From: Raja brachyura
Taxonomy: Eukaryota
NCBI GenBank assembly: GCA_963514005.1
Contig: OY740804.1
Location: 34,472,001-34,536,000 of the forward strand
Reading direction: 5' to 3'
DNA: 64,000 bases
The notes beneath the pieces are model-generated. The model did not search any database. It saw only the letters and a list, made by a program, of their open reading frames with translations, and had not been told where the DNA came from. A program made the translations under genes and the position numbers. Below, one piece after another: positions 36,021 through 49,665 of this stretch (positions are counted from its first letter, which is position 1; each line of letters begins with the position of its first letter).

Positions 36021-39000
36021 CTTATATTTCAACATGTTTGGGCATAATATTTGCTGGTGTTTTCACTATTTAAGTAGACTGACCTGTGATTGACAAAGTT
36101 ACTACTAACACATCAAATAGGTGCCTCATCCAGAGCCATAATTTAAAGACTTTTGTGCACATATGCATTTACACACATGCTTTACTGATCTTGTGTGTTT
36201 TTTAAATTGGATATAACATTTAGTTCAATAAACACCATGGTATAAGGACAGCGCAGAAACAGGTCTGGATATTGGATTGAAAGTGAATGCAACCACTTTG
36301 AGAGACGCATGTCACATTCTATAGGCCTTGGTAATGTACTGGCTTTGTCAAGTGAACTACGAAGAGAGAAGGATATTATTTTAAAAGAACTGGATGTAAC
36401 CGGAAATGTAAATAAATTATTTGAAACAATAGTTTGTCTTTGTATCCAAACCACGCTCTAAGAGCCAATGATCTGCACCCAATCAAAACCAAAGGTCACT
36501 TGAGGAACTAAAAGGCACAGAAGCCTTTACAATGAAGATAACTTACCAAATGATATTGTCTATTCAAGGGCCCAAGTCAATTCCAGTATTATTTCTAGTA
36601 AGCATAAATTGATACAACCACAAAGATAGTTGAAGTTTAGGATCATGATATCACCATAGTTCCACACCAATCACAGCCAGAACAGTCCGGTGTATTGCAA
36701 ATAAATAGCATTATGTGTCTAATTTTACATTGTATTTTTAATTTAAACATTCACTGACTCGGTAGACTATTCAATATTTTATTCACTATAAGACGTATTT
36801 GTTAATTGCATCCTGACATTAACTGAATTTTAGAATGGGGATTTAAGCCTTATTGTGTAAATACTCATCACTGCTGCTTTAATACACTTTGTTTTTTCAT
36901 TTCCTATCACATTCTTTGAATTCTTTCCTATCACATTCCAGGTCTTATCTTAATTTGTGCACATTTTTTGCCTTCTCTACTATTCCCTGTCCTCCCAATC
37001 CATCCAAAGAAATATCTTGGTTCTGCCACTACTGTCAGTGCCTTCAAACATAATCTCTGACAATCCTTCTTAAACATTTTTGTTGTTACATAATTAAAAT
37101 ACTCCATATAAAAAATTTCTGCAAAACATCATTACAGACGTGCAGATCTGGCTGTCATGGCACAGCTTTGCCTGCACCATTAATTCCGTTTGATACTTGC
37201 ATTTTCAGTATCCATATTTCAGTGTAAGAGAGAAAATGATTTGCACTTTGACAATTTAAATTCATCTAATTGAAAGATTGTCTATTATTTTTCAAGCCTA
37301 GTTCCAAAAGGAGCCTATTTTTCAAATTGTGAAGTTCAAATCTATAATATAATAGTAAAATTATGGTTTTGTTAGTGTGTATTTCAAGCGATTCCTGGAT
37401 TAAATCGGTTTCTGTACCAAAATGCTTTTAGATTCTCGGTACAGCCAACCAATACCAAGTGCTTCACCAGGTGCTATTATACAAAATGCAGGTCATCCTC
37501 CATCTCGTTTTTGGTGCAAAATATTGTTTTGGCATCTATTGACCTGCATATGTTTCCCGTATTCTTTTTAAACAAATTTATGGGCATCAATGGAGGGATA
37601 AATAATATTTTAAGCCAATGAATTGTTGACCTGAAATGGGGAAAAAAAGACAAAAACCGGTTTTGAGATGCAGTTTAAAAAAGGAAGTGGGGGAATCAAA
37701 CAAAAGAAAGATCTCGGGTAGGGATGGAGGCCTATAAAAATTGGATGTAAAATAAGAGATTAAATAATTGGGTAATAATGGGATATGTAATCACAGAGGG
37801 GAGATGGGATTGGCGTCATCAATGGCCGATACAGTGTTCTTGAGCAAAATACCAAGTGCTGGAGTAACTTATCGGGTCAGGCAGAGTCTATAGCAGGAAT
37901 AAACTAGCAATGTTTTGGGTTGGGACCATTGCTAGCATGGACCCGATCAGCTGAATGGTGGCTTGCTATGTCAAATAAAAAGTAGTATAGAATTGTTCAA
38001 AGTTTGATCTGTCATTTTGTGGACAGGTGGATGTGCATAGAGAATTGTGGAGTAGTATGTTAATTATATAATCTTAGGTAGATAATTGTTTAATCAAGCT
38101 TGGGTGTATAGAGAACATTGCACGAGTTTAAAACAAGTCACACCGAAACCCATTTATTCTGTGATATAAACTTTAGAGTTGCATTTTAAATCAGTCCAGA
38201 TTGCTACAGGTGATGTACTAGATTTAAGTAAGGCTACATCAGTTGTTGACCCATTTGTTGCTGCATACACTGTTGGGAATTCATTCTTCCCCAATTTTTT
38301 TTTTCCTGCTTTTTAACTCTGCGCATTTCTGTATTTGCATTCACATTGATTTCTTGCTTTGTGTTAAGTGTTTGTGCACTTCAGAAGAAGGAATACAAAC
38401 TTGTATTTCTCTTCTCACTTTAGGCTATTGTTGATCTCAGAATTTTGCAAAAGGTTCAGTAATTCAAATTGTTATGATCAAAATGTTCCCAGTACTTGTC
38501 AACCTAGCCCTACTAGGAATTTGTAAATAAGTAAACTATTGACAGAAATGCATCATAGCCATAATTAAGAATGATCCAGGAAATTAGTGAATGTATAATT
38601 CTACTGACAAATTGAAACATGGAAGGTAATTATTTACTCGACAGATTATGAAGTTATCTTCGATTGCAAAATAGTTTAGTATCTGGAAAGGTACTAATGA
38701 TATTCTCATGTAGCCCATAAAGTTTACTAGTGTATATAAATAGGTTAAGATTCAAAAAAAATTCTACCATTTGAATCCGACGTTGATGAGCAAAAGATAT
38801 GGGAGAAGGAAAACGATTATCATCACCAAGACTTCTGATTGTAATTTCAGAAGTAATTTAGAGTGAAAATTGTATAATTGTAGCGTTTATAATATATTAT
38901 TGTAGCGTTTTATCTACCTTGGTGCTGATCTCTGAAATAGTTTAGATTGTTTACTTAAATCTTTAAATTGAGGCATTAATCTATGCATAATTGAGTCGGA

Positions 39001-39406
39001 GAAGTATGATATTGATGAGCCAGGTTTGTCTGCAGATGCAAAGAAAGTTGTCCTGTTTTGCATTTATTTATGTCGGGTTATGGGTTGGTTTATAACTCAA
39101 CATGTAATTAGAGACGTTAGTAGATAGGAACTACTTTGCATTTTGTTCATGCTTTCACACTGTTAAAGTTTACCCACTAAAAAAACATAGAATGGTGGTT
39201 TTTAAAAGGCTTGAAATGAGCATTAGATATGCAAAATCTTAAACAAGACTATCAAATACAGTCAATTTGACTCTACTGACATAGGCACTCACAGTGCGGT
39301 GCATGTAAAACTGAAAATCTTCCTTGAGCAACATCACAGGCACTTAGACTGACAAACTCACAAAAGTGTAAATTATACATCAATTGCGCACAGTTCTTCA
39401 AGACAA

Positions 39407-39865
39407 TCTCTCTAAACTATTACTAAAACTCATCTTGACTACTTCCGGTCTGTGTTGTATTAAATTTGTGCAAAAAGGACCCTCATAGAGCTACGATTTT
39501 TCGCAACTTTGCTCATCATTCTCGACTACTGCAAGTCAAACAAGTTTTGTTCCGATCGGTGAAATAGTACAAAAGTTATGAAGGTTTAAGAATCATAAAA
39601 ACCGCCCCTTGCGGTAACCGCTGTCAATAACGTGTCGAGGAGAATAAAAACTTGAAGAGACGGAGTGTGTTGTGCAGCTCGCGGAGAGTACAGCTCGCGG
39701 ACTGCTTCTGCTGAGACCAGCACGACCAGCCGGAAGCTCTTGAGTTGAACTGGAAGCCTCTGAGCGAAGCCGGAGTGGGACCGGGATCTGATGTGTGAGG
39801 CCGAAGCCTGAAGGTGCAGGGTGAGCAGAGTGCGAGCTGCATCTGCTGCGACTCTTTCCCCCTCC
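39407..39865 (+). mobile_element. Helitron-like element, 5' portion
   Basis: A|TCTCTCTAAACTATTACTAAAACTCATCTTGACTACTTCCGGTCTG is homologous to the 5' end of the Helitron at 43945(-). No CTAG/hairpin end identified. Confidence 0.55.
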
Positions 39866-39990
39866 CGCTGTAAAGAATAGACCATGGTGAAGCATGCAGT
39901 CTTGGGCTGCACCTGTGTTGATGGTCGGTGAGGAAGTGAAGAATCCAATTGCAAAGGGTGGCACAGAGTTCCAAATCTTGGATCTTGATA
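39866..39990 (-). mobile_element. Internally deleted Rex1/Babar RT fragment
   Basis: LELCATLCNWILHFLT and NTGAAQDCML, matching the Rex RT motifs LCNWILDFLT and TGAPQGCVL. Confidence 0.6.
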
Positions 39991-40127
39991 AGACTAGAGT
40001 TGGAATTCAAGATCTGAAGCATCTTCCCTCTCCATGTGATTTAGTATATTATGGGTTAGATCTTGCTTGAATCTACCTGTTGCTTGCAGTAATCCCACTT
40101 CATTCTTTTCTGGTCTGCATTTATCTT

Positions 40128-40670
40128 AGAAACATAGAAGCATAGAAAATAGGTGCAGGAGTATGCCATTCGGCCCTTCACGCCTGCACTGCCATTCAAT
40201 ATGATCATGGCTGATCAACTCTGTATCCCTTACCTGCCTTTTCTCCATACCCCCTGATCCCTTTATCCGCAAGGGCCACATCTAACCCTCATAAATATAG
40301 CAAATGAACTGGCCTCAACTACCTTCTGTGGCAGAGAATTCCACAGATTCACCACTCTGTGTGAAAAATGTTTTTCTTATCTTGGTCCTAAAAGATTTCC
40401 CCCTTATCCTTACACTGTGACCCCTTGTCCTGGACTTCCCCAACATCAGGAACAATCTTCCTGCATCTAGCTTGTCCAACCCCTTAAAAATTTGTAAGTT
40501 TCTATAAGATCCCCCCTCAATCTTCTAAATTATAGCGAGTACAAGCCGAGTCTATCCAGTCTTTCTTCATGTGAAAGTCCTGACATCCCAGGAATCAGTC
40601 TGGTGAACCTTCTCTGTACTCCCTCTATGGCAAGAATGTATTTTCTCAGATTTGGAGACCAAAACTGTGT
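40128..40670 (-). mobile_element. CR1 LINE 3' end
   Basis: agaaacatagaagcatagaaaataggtgcaggag tail; same subfamily as 15271-15681. Confidence 0.88.
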
Positions 40671-42279
40671 GCAATTTTGCACAGTACGTTATCTTGCCCA
40701 GAATCTCCTGGATTTCAGTTGCATAACTCTGGGATCTTGACGACGCCGCATTTTTGAAATGCTCTAAATGTTGGTAGAGCCCTGTCCAGAGCTTTGCTGA
40801 TTGCAAGGGATTTTTTTAAACCTCTAATTCTTTGATTCAAAACAACACAAAAACGATTAAAGATGAAATGTGAAGCCATCATAAATCTTAATTGGAATTG
40901 AGCATGGTGAAGGATCTGTGTGCTAATTTTCTCAAGTGTAATTGCTGGGAAATCTTCACAAGATTTGCGCTCTTCATCTAGATTCCTAAAGGAGTCTAGT
41001 CATGGAGCAAACTGCAGATCTGATTTCTGAATCTTCTGTAAAGTTTGGGTTTTTAACATTAGACCATACATGTGGGAAAGTCCTCGACTTCCATTTGAAC
41101 AGAAATGCTAGAACTGCTAGTATTTAATAGCAAATTCCAGGCATTAGGTTAATTGGAAACATAAGTATCCTTCCTCACTGAAATATTTTTGAAGCACCAC
41201 ATACACTTGGGACCTAAAATGTTGGGAAGAAAATTGTCTTGAATAAGTGTGCCATTAACAATATGGCTTTTCTAACATTTTTATTTCTTGGAACTAGAAA
41301 ATCCTCTGAAGACTTTTTCAGTGAGGATAGGGTACAGCGAAGAGGGTTAAACTTGTAATCAATACCCAATGTAGTGTGAATGGCCATACCAAAGTACGTA
41401 TGCACAGTGATAAAATAACTTGACATATTTTGCTGTTAGTATAATGATACACATGTGCAATGTTCTTTATCGTAAGGTTATAAATTATATAGACTTTTTC
41501 AGAGAACTTGGTGAGTTTGTCACACCTATTCTACCTTGGATTGTACTTGCTTATGGCAATGCTCTGACAAATAAAACCTAGCACCTGTACCTGGATACAG
41601 AATTACACTGAAGGTGAACCTTAGAACATTAATTGCACAAAATCAAATGGTTTTCAGTAAATCAAACCAATGAGCTTGCTTATAAGCTGGCAGGCAACAA
41701 TAAAGTCACAATAAAATATTTTCAACTGAATATCCTTGCATTGTGAAATTAAAAAGAAACTAGATTTTGGAAATCTAAAACAAATATTCAGCAATTTGGG
41801 CAACACAAGTGGCAATGGAAACAGTTGACATTGAGGTGCAGAACTGGGGAAGATATAAGATGTTAGTTTTAAGTTATAGGTAAGATGTGGAATAGAATAT
41901 TTAGTTTGTCTCAACACTCAGCCGGGGTGGAAGATTGCAACCTTCACATGGTCCGCCTAGTTTCGATTAATGCAATCAACTCGACGTGCACAGGCGGAAG
42001 ATCAAATAGAACAAGTTGTCCTACAACTTTAGGCTGTGCACGCCACACAAAAAAAGAACAACACCTGGCCATGGGGGCATTCGTTGCTGGGAAATCTGTG
42101 GAGGAGTACATAAATTTGTGCCAGGTAATCTGGCACAGTGGAGCGCAACCTGAGTAGATGTCTTTGTTGAAGTACAAATGAGTCTGCACTATAACCAATG
42201 TTCTGTTGGGTGGCACCAGGTAATGTAACAGTGTAGTGAGTTCAGGTATTTTATTCCAGGAGCACAAAGACCTTGGGGC

Positions 42280-42680
42280 CCAATGCAAATTGGAGGAACA
42301 GCACCTAATTTTTCACTTGGGCAGCCTACACCCCCAGCAGTATGAACATTGACTTCTCTAACTTTAAGTAACCCTCGCTCTCTCGTTGCTCTCTCGCTCT
42401 CTCGCTGCAGTTTTACTGTCTATGACTACATTTTATCTGTGTTTGTTGTTGTTACCTTTTAACTAACAATAGAGCCCTCCGTTTCTTCCTCGACCGCAGA
42501 ACCAACCAATCCCCGGTTACTTCCCGCTCCCCCGCCCTCACATCGGTCTGAAGAAGGGTCTCAACCCGAAACGTTGCCTATTTCCTTCGCTCCATAAATG
42601 CTGCCTCACCTGCTGAGTTTCTTCAGCATTTTTGTCTACCTTCGATTTTCCAGCCAGCATCATCCGTTCCTCCTTAAACA
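42280..42680 (+). mobile_element. Penelope-like element 3' end (GIY-YIG C-terminus plus terminal repeat)
   Basis: KLEEQHLIFHLGSLHP...MNIDFSNFK*, then a pyrimidine-rich UTR and the terminal repeat ctgaagaagggtctcaacccgaaacgtt...ctgctgagtttcttcagcatttttgtctacc. Confidence 0.8.
42545..42578 (+). ncRNA. Minimal type I hammerhead ribozyme motif (Penelope terminal repeat)
   Basis: ggt-CTGAAGA(42548-42554)-a-GGGT ctca ACCC-GAAAC(42568-42572)-GTT|gcc. Catalytic boxes and stem II are present, stem III is the palindrome AACGTT, and stem I is 3 bp. Confidence 0.6.
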
Positions 42681-43143
42681 AGACTTCTTGTGAACCTAAG
42701 TTTCAATGAATAAGGTGGAGTGTTACATGATACGACAGCATTGCTGAAAGTGGTGTGGAAACAATGCATGAAAAATGAACAATGTTTGAAAATTGAGTTA
42801 AGATGGGATGGGTGAGAAGATAGAGGGATTTTACCACGAGCAAAATAATTTTGACTGAATTTGGGAGACATCGTAATTGGGTGTCTAAATGTTCCTATTT
42901 GTCTGGGAAGAAAATAAGGGCAACTGAACTAATTAGATCAATTTGAATTGGTGTGGAATGGAGGGCTGGCAAGGTCATTTGTACAATAGGCCAAAGATGA
43001 TTTCAAAGCCAAACAATTACATTTTGTTTTAGAGTGTAAAGAAGTGTTTTGTTTTTGACGATTGAACATTTCAGTTTAGTTAACATAAGTTTTTGAAAGC
43101 CTGGTTTGGCTGAGGAAGTGGGTAGGCAGAGGAATATAATTAA

Positions 43144-43945
43144 CTAGATTAAGTGGAACCCGTTGGGTCCCAGCTTCACACGGGACGGCTGGTCCCCCAA
43201 CACAATAATCCACCTCCCCACTAATTCCAATATACACACTCACTGACTCGCACACCATATATATGACAGTAAGCTTTCTTGAATCTACTCACACGGCTGA
43301 GTGCGGCCTCTCCACTTTGGGTCTTCCACAATCAGCGTGACCTCTGCACTCACCGGAAATTACGCAATCAGCGCGACCTGTCCACTAAGCGGAAGTCACA
43401 AAATGACTTTTGGACTAAACACAGTCTGACCTAATAAAGCATTAATTCCTTCCAAACAGTCGGACCTAATAAAGCATTGCAGTTTCAAGCACAGGCAGGG
43501 CAGCAGGCCAAAAAACTCATGGCATTGTCATTAAGGGCTAACAAATCATTTATTGCAAGTAAATTGCAGACTCGCAGTTGATTCACAACTTAGAATGATA
43601 ATCGTGGCCTCTCCCTCACGGTCTTGCAGAGTGACAAACTCGCGTCCAGGCATCCGGGGTTTTATAGTCCTTCCCCTCCCCCCCCCCCCCCCCCCCCCCG
43701 GAAGGGGCGTTACCTTCATCATGGCGCTTGACTGGCGAGAGGACCAATCAGCTGATCTCAAGGATTTTTAAACACTTTTATTAACTTTTTCATTTTTCCT
43801 CGATGGGAAAAATCCCCGGGGCTGGCTCAGCGGAGGACTGAGAAAAATGGCCAAAAATCACAGCGATACAGGGTAGCGTTTTTTTCTAAAATCAATATAC
43901 AGCGCAGACAGGAAGTGGTCAAGATGAGACTTTTAATTATATAGA
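43144..43945 (-). mobile_element. Complete non-autonomous Helitron
   Basis: On the - strand: A|TCTATATAATTAAAAG...gggacccaacgggttcc hairpin (43155-43171)...CTAG|T. Inserted at an AT dinucleotide with no TSD. Confidence 0.85.
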
Positions 43946-44281
43946 TGATGAATGGGGACCAAGAAAATTACTCTGATTTGTCTTTTTCAGTTCATCCACA
44001 ACTGTGGCAAATAGTAGATACTAACTGTTTGCTTAAATTACTTTAGAAATTTTGAAGTTTAAAAAAATAATAATATCTAATTCATAGCAATTAGTTATAC
44101 TAATCAGTTACATGGGAAATTTAGACAAAATATCAACCATTCATTTCTTGAATTTCTACTGATATTTATTGTTTCAATTTTGAACTAAAAAAGAAAATTG
44201 CCTGCTATAATTGTTTTTCTAGGACTGTTTATAATTCCTTTTGTAATGGCAGTTAGAAATTAAAAAAGATTAACCAGTTAG

Positions 44282-44518
<237 letters not shown>

Positions 44519-44714
44519 TGAAAATCACATTTTGGATATTTTTCTGCTGAATGATATTCAGTTCAACTGGAGCATTGCATCCAGTTGTGTTCGCTGCACT
44601 TTAAGAAGGATGTAAAGTGGAATGGGAAAGTAAGGATGGACTGAACAAGAAATGAATTGAAAAGCAAGGCAAATTACATAATGTATGTCCTTTGATTATG
44701 TAACTCAAGGTTAT

Positions 44715-44920
44715 ATAGACAATAGGTGCAGGAGTAGGCCATTTGGCCCTTCGAGCCAGCACCGCCATTCAATGTGATCATGGCTGATCATCCCCAATCA
44801 GTTCGACCTTCACCCCATATCCCCTGACTCCGCTATTTTTAAGAGCCATATCTAGCTCTCTTGAAAGCATCCAGAGAACCTGCCTCCACCACCCTCTGAG
44901 GCAGAGAATTCCACAGACTG
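44715..44920 (-). mobile_element. CR1 3' tail fragment
   Basis: tagacaataggtgcaggagtaggccatttggcccttcgagccagcaccgccattc. Confidence 0.8.
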
Positions 44921-47900
44921 TAATGGAGTCGGCATCAGGTAGTTGTCCAAGCTTGACTCTGTGTTCTTGAGTTCAACTTTGTTGGAGTGCAGTGATAAGC
45001 TTCTAATTTTCCCAAATTCTGTTTCAGCATTGTTTTTGGTTAGTCATCGGAGTGGAATTTTGGAGGCTTACATTTGGTTGTTTTTGACTACATGTGTTTG
45101 CAAATTTAGTTTATTTTGAGATGTAGCATTTTGTGTAGTTTTTCTCTGAGATTGCATAGTATTTTTATCACCTAGTAATGATTAGAAAACTGTTACGTTT
45201 TTGAATTTGTAGCATGACGTTGTTATGCTCGCAGCACCACCTAGAGGTGGAGTACCTGTGGAATGTTGTTTACAAAATATTCTTAAATTGGAGACATTTT
45301 GCATAATTTGAGAAAACCTAACATTTCCAAATTTTCTTTTGTGATTTGCCATTGGCATAAGTCTGCTTTACTTTGTCAAATACAACATTTAACGAAGTCC
45401 ATTTTGAGGCTACTGATCTTGTGCCTGCTGACCGTTGCCTGGGTCTAAAGAAGGGTCCAGACACGAAATGTCAGTGTCCCTCAGATGCTGCCTGACCAAC
45501 AGACTTTCTCCTGTACTTTGTTTTTTGTCCATGCTATTTTGACCTGCTATATAGCACTATTCTTTGGTATTATGTACTGTTTTCTAAGTGAGACATTTGT
45601 CTCAGCATGTTTTCGACAGATCAGTTATCAAAATAAGATCATTCATCTTTACTTTCCACTGTAACGACCTTCATTTAAAAAGCTTGGCATCAAGAATTAT
45701 TTTTTTTTTAGCAATAAATATTCAAGTCTAGAAGCCCACATTATTGAGATTTTTTTTGAGGGGGTGTTTGAATAGGAAATATTGATACTGCCCATTGAAC
45801 TAATATGGAAATAAATAAGGACAGCTTAAACTTTTATAGTGAATTCGTATGTGATGTTGCGTAAGTTAGAAATTTCTTTGACTTGCAGTAATTGAGTTGG
45901 TATGCATACGTGTTAATGTTGAGGAAATACGAGGCCTGATTACGTAAAAGTGAGATTAAGAATGTAATAATTAAATTAATAGTTGCTTCAATTGTGCCTT
46001 TATTGTCATGTATGCCAAACATGCTGTGAAATTCTTTTCTTAGAAACAGAAGGATAGTTCAGTAGAATATTGCCAGAGCTAAGCACATCCCCAATTAGCA
46101 AATTGTTCAGAAATAGTCTACTGATCCTGCATGCATAGTCTACTGATCCTGCATGCTAGTGGTGGCATGTTTTGGCACCATTTTCAAAGGCCAGTCCGGG
46201 TCTAATTGTTATGATCACTGCTTTTATAAAAGTTATTTTAGATAACAATTTTGCAAAATATGTAAAGTTTGCAAAGTAAATAAGTGCGTTTTATTGGCCA
46301 AGTATTCACATACAATGAATTTGCCTTGGTGCTCCGCTCACAGGTAACAACATGACATAGTGACAGTTACGAATGACTCAGAATGTAAAATAATGTAGGA
46401 ATGTGAAGACTACTTAGTGCTGCTGCCACCAATGTTAACTGACCTAGTGTAGGCAGGGAATTGAAAAAAATTAGTTTCTGGTCATATGACTTGTTACCCA
46501 ATGAGTCGAAGAAACAAATTGTACTGCTTTAGGGGTTTTAAGCGTCTTTAACCTTAGGTATATTAATAACTATCTAATGTGAAGGACTGATACCTGTTAG
46601 TTTTTTGTTATGTATTTCCATTAATATTCATGCTTCCATGCAATGTTCTTTTATTACATATTAAGACAATAAGTAAACGGATCATGAATATGTCCTAAGA
46701 TTGTGAATAGACTTTATTTTGTGTTTCCTTGACAACCAGATCACACTGTACTGTTATCTTTACTGCTATCTTAATTGAGCAATATGTACCCCAAAATGGA
46801 GATTGAGTCTGAGCATTGCTTATGATTACAATTCAGTTGCAGAGTTATGTTGATAGATGCATTTCCCAATTTGGCAGAGTTAACTGATGTGAGTGAGGCC
46901 TTTAAAAGGTCAGTTATGCTAGATATGCCTTTGTTCTCTCAGAATCTGATACCTGGCAGAGGCCGAATAAGTGTTTTAGAAAGTTCTGTTTTTGCTCTTT
47001 AGTGTTTTTGCAGCATTTGTTCCTCACCCACACCAGAATAATGTAATCACATTATTTCCTGTTGCTGTTTGTAGCATGTTGCACACACATTGATGATTTA
47101 TTTCTCCAATTCTACTGAAATGTAGATCAAAATGGTAATTTGCATGAAATATTATGGGGTGCTCTGTCTGGGGAAAATATGATCAGAAATGCAAACTTGC
47201 ATATATAGTGTAGGAAAGAACTGCAGATGTTGGTTTAAATCTAAGGTAGACACAAAATGCTGGAGTAACTCAGCGGGACAGGCACTATTACTGGAGAGAA
47301 GGAATGGGTGGCGTTTCGGTTTGAGACCCATCTTCAGACTGATCCAGGCGTACACTGGCCCTATCCCCGAACTCTACCTCCACTACATTGACGAATGCAT
47401 TGGTGCTACCTCCTGCACCCATGCAGAACTCGCTGACTTCATCAACCTCACAACTAATTTCCATCCTGCACTCAAATTCACTTGGACCATCTCCGACATC
47501 TGACCGTTTCCGGATGTTACCTTCTCCATCACCGGAGACCAACTATAGACCGACATCTACTACAAACCTACTGACTCCCATAGCTGTCTTGACTACATTT
47601 CCTCCCACCCTGCTTCATGTAAAGACTCTATCCCTTACTCCCAATTCCTCCGTCTACACTGCATCTGTGCCCAGGATGAGGTTTTCTGTACTAGACCATC
47701 GGATTGTCCTCATTCTTTAGGAAACGGGGGTTCCCCTCTTACATCATAGATGAGGGTCTCCTCGATATCCCACAGCTCCGTTCTTGCTCCCCCATTCGCA
47801 ACAAGGACAGTCGCCTCCTCCCCCCCGTCCTCACCTTCCCACCCCATCAGCCGTCGCACACAGCATATAATCATTCAAGACTTTCACCACCTCCAACGGG

Positions 47901-48268
47901 ATCCCACTACTGGCCACATCTTCCCATCTCCACCCCTTTCTGCAGAGACTGTTCCTTCCGCAACTCCCTGGTCAACTCGTCCCTTCCCACCCAAGCCACC
48001 CCAACCCCAGGTACTTTCCCCTGCAACCGCAGGAGATGCAACATCTCTCCCTTTACGTCCCCCTTCGACTCCATCCAAGGACCTTGACAGTCTTTTCAGG
48101 TGAGGCAGGGGTTCACTTGCACTTCCTCCAACTTTATTTACTGTATCCGCTGTTCCAGGTGTCAATGTACATTGGCAAGACCAAGTGCATGCTCGGCGAT
48201 CCTTTTGCTGAACACCTCTGCTCAGTCCACTTTAACCTACCTGATCTCCCTGTTGCTCAGCACTTTAA

Positions 48269-48872
48269 TGGACCACATTACACCTGTCCTTAAATCTTTG
48301 CACTGGCTCCCTGTGTGTAAAAGGATAGATTTTAAAATTATGTTACTGGCCTACAAGGCACTGAATGGTCTGGGTCCAAAATACATCTCTGACCTACTTG
48401 TTGTATATGAGGCACCTAGACTCCTCAGGTCTTTAGGGACAGGTGTACTCTGTGTTCCCAGGGTCAGAACTAAAAAGGCTGAAGCAGCGTTCAGTTTTTA
48501 AGCTCCACACCTGTGGATCAAGCTCCCTGAACACCTGAGGTGTGCACAGACTGTAAGCTCATTTAAATCGGGCCTAAAAACACTGTTGTTTACTGTAGCT
48601 TTTCCATAACCCAACATGCAGTTAATCTTAACCGTCTAATCTTAACCCTTTTATGTGCTTTTAAAATTGTTTTATTGTTTTAGTGACTTTGTTTTACTAT
48701 TCATGCATTTGTCGTAGTGCTTGTTTTGTAACTTTTGATTATTGGCTATTTTGTTGTCCTGCGTTGTTTGGTTGTTCTGCTGTCTTTTTACTATGTTAGT
48801 TTTTGTTTTCCTGTAAAGCACTATGAATTGCTGCTTGTACGAATGGTGCTATATAAATAAATTTGCCTTGCC
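48269..48872 (+). mobile_element. L2 LINE 3' end nested in the Penelope element
   Basis: DHITPVLKSLHWLPVCKRIDFKIMLLAYKALNGLGPKYISDLL...AFSF. 3' UTR tgtaaagcactatgaattg...tgctatataaataaa with a (ttgcc) tail; TTAA on both sides. Confidence 0.9.
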
Positions 48873-49115
48873 TTAACTCCCCCTCCCATTCCCGATCTGA
48901 TCTTTCTGTCCTGGGCCGCCTCCATTGTCAGAGTGCGGCCCAGCGCAAATTTCGCTTGGGTAGCTTACACCCCAGCGGTATGAATATTGACTTCTCTAAC
49001 TTCAAATAGTCCTTGCTTTCCCTCCGTTACCATCCCATCCCCTACCCAGTTCTCCCACCAGTCTTACTGTCTCAGACTACATTCTAGCTCTGTCCCGCCT
49101 ACTCCCCTGACATCA

Positions 49116-49147
49116 GTCTGAAGAAGGGTCTCGACCCGAAACGTCAC
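49116..49147 (+). ncRNA. Minimal type I hammerhead ribozyme motif (Penelope terminal repeat)
   Basis: gt-CTGAAGA(49118-49124)-a-GGGTC tc GACCC-GAAAC(49138-49142)-GTC|ac. Canonical GUC cleavage triplet at 49143-49145. Confidence 0.68.
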
Positions 49148-49458
49148 CCATTCCTTCTCTCCAGAGATGTTGCCTGTCACACTGAGTTACTCCAGCATTT
49201 TGTGTCTACCTTGCATATATAGTACTTTCCAAACTACTTTCTCTTTCTGCAATTTAGCTTTAATTTCCATGATTGTGAGAGTAATGACTCTTCTGTTCTG
49301 TGTTAATGCGAGTTTCCAGATTGTTTTTCTAATGGTATAGTTAGTGTGTGCTAGTGTAGTGGCATTTAAAGTGGGCGGAAGCTTGGTTGGGGAGTGGGAG
49401 GGATGTTGGGTTGTTGTTTCATGTGCAGGAATTTTCCAAATGGAAAATGTTGTAATAG

Positions 49459-49665
<207 letters not shown>

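Larger units (their letters stand above)
47210..49209 (+). mobile_element. 5'-truncated Penelope-like retroelement with inverted terminal repeat, 14-bp TSD and a nested L2
   Basis: RT remnant LYLHYIDECIG (YIDD-like), YYKPTD, and GIY-YIG remnant FTCTSSNFIYCIRC..MYIGKT. Inverted repeats of about 100 bp at 47244-47343 and 49112-49212. TSD CTTGCATATATAGT at 47196-47209 and 49210-49223. Confidence 0.9.

Noticed and set aside
46113-46156. Short tandem duplications (also 63181-63235)
   Set aside because: Ordinary 22-24 bp local duplications with no sign of function.
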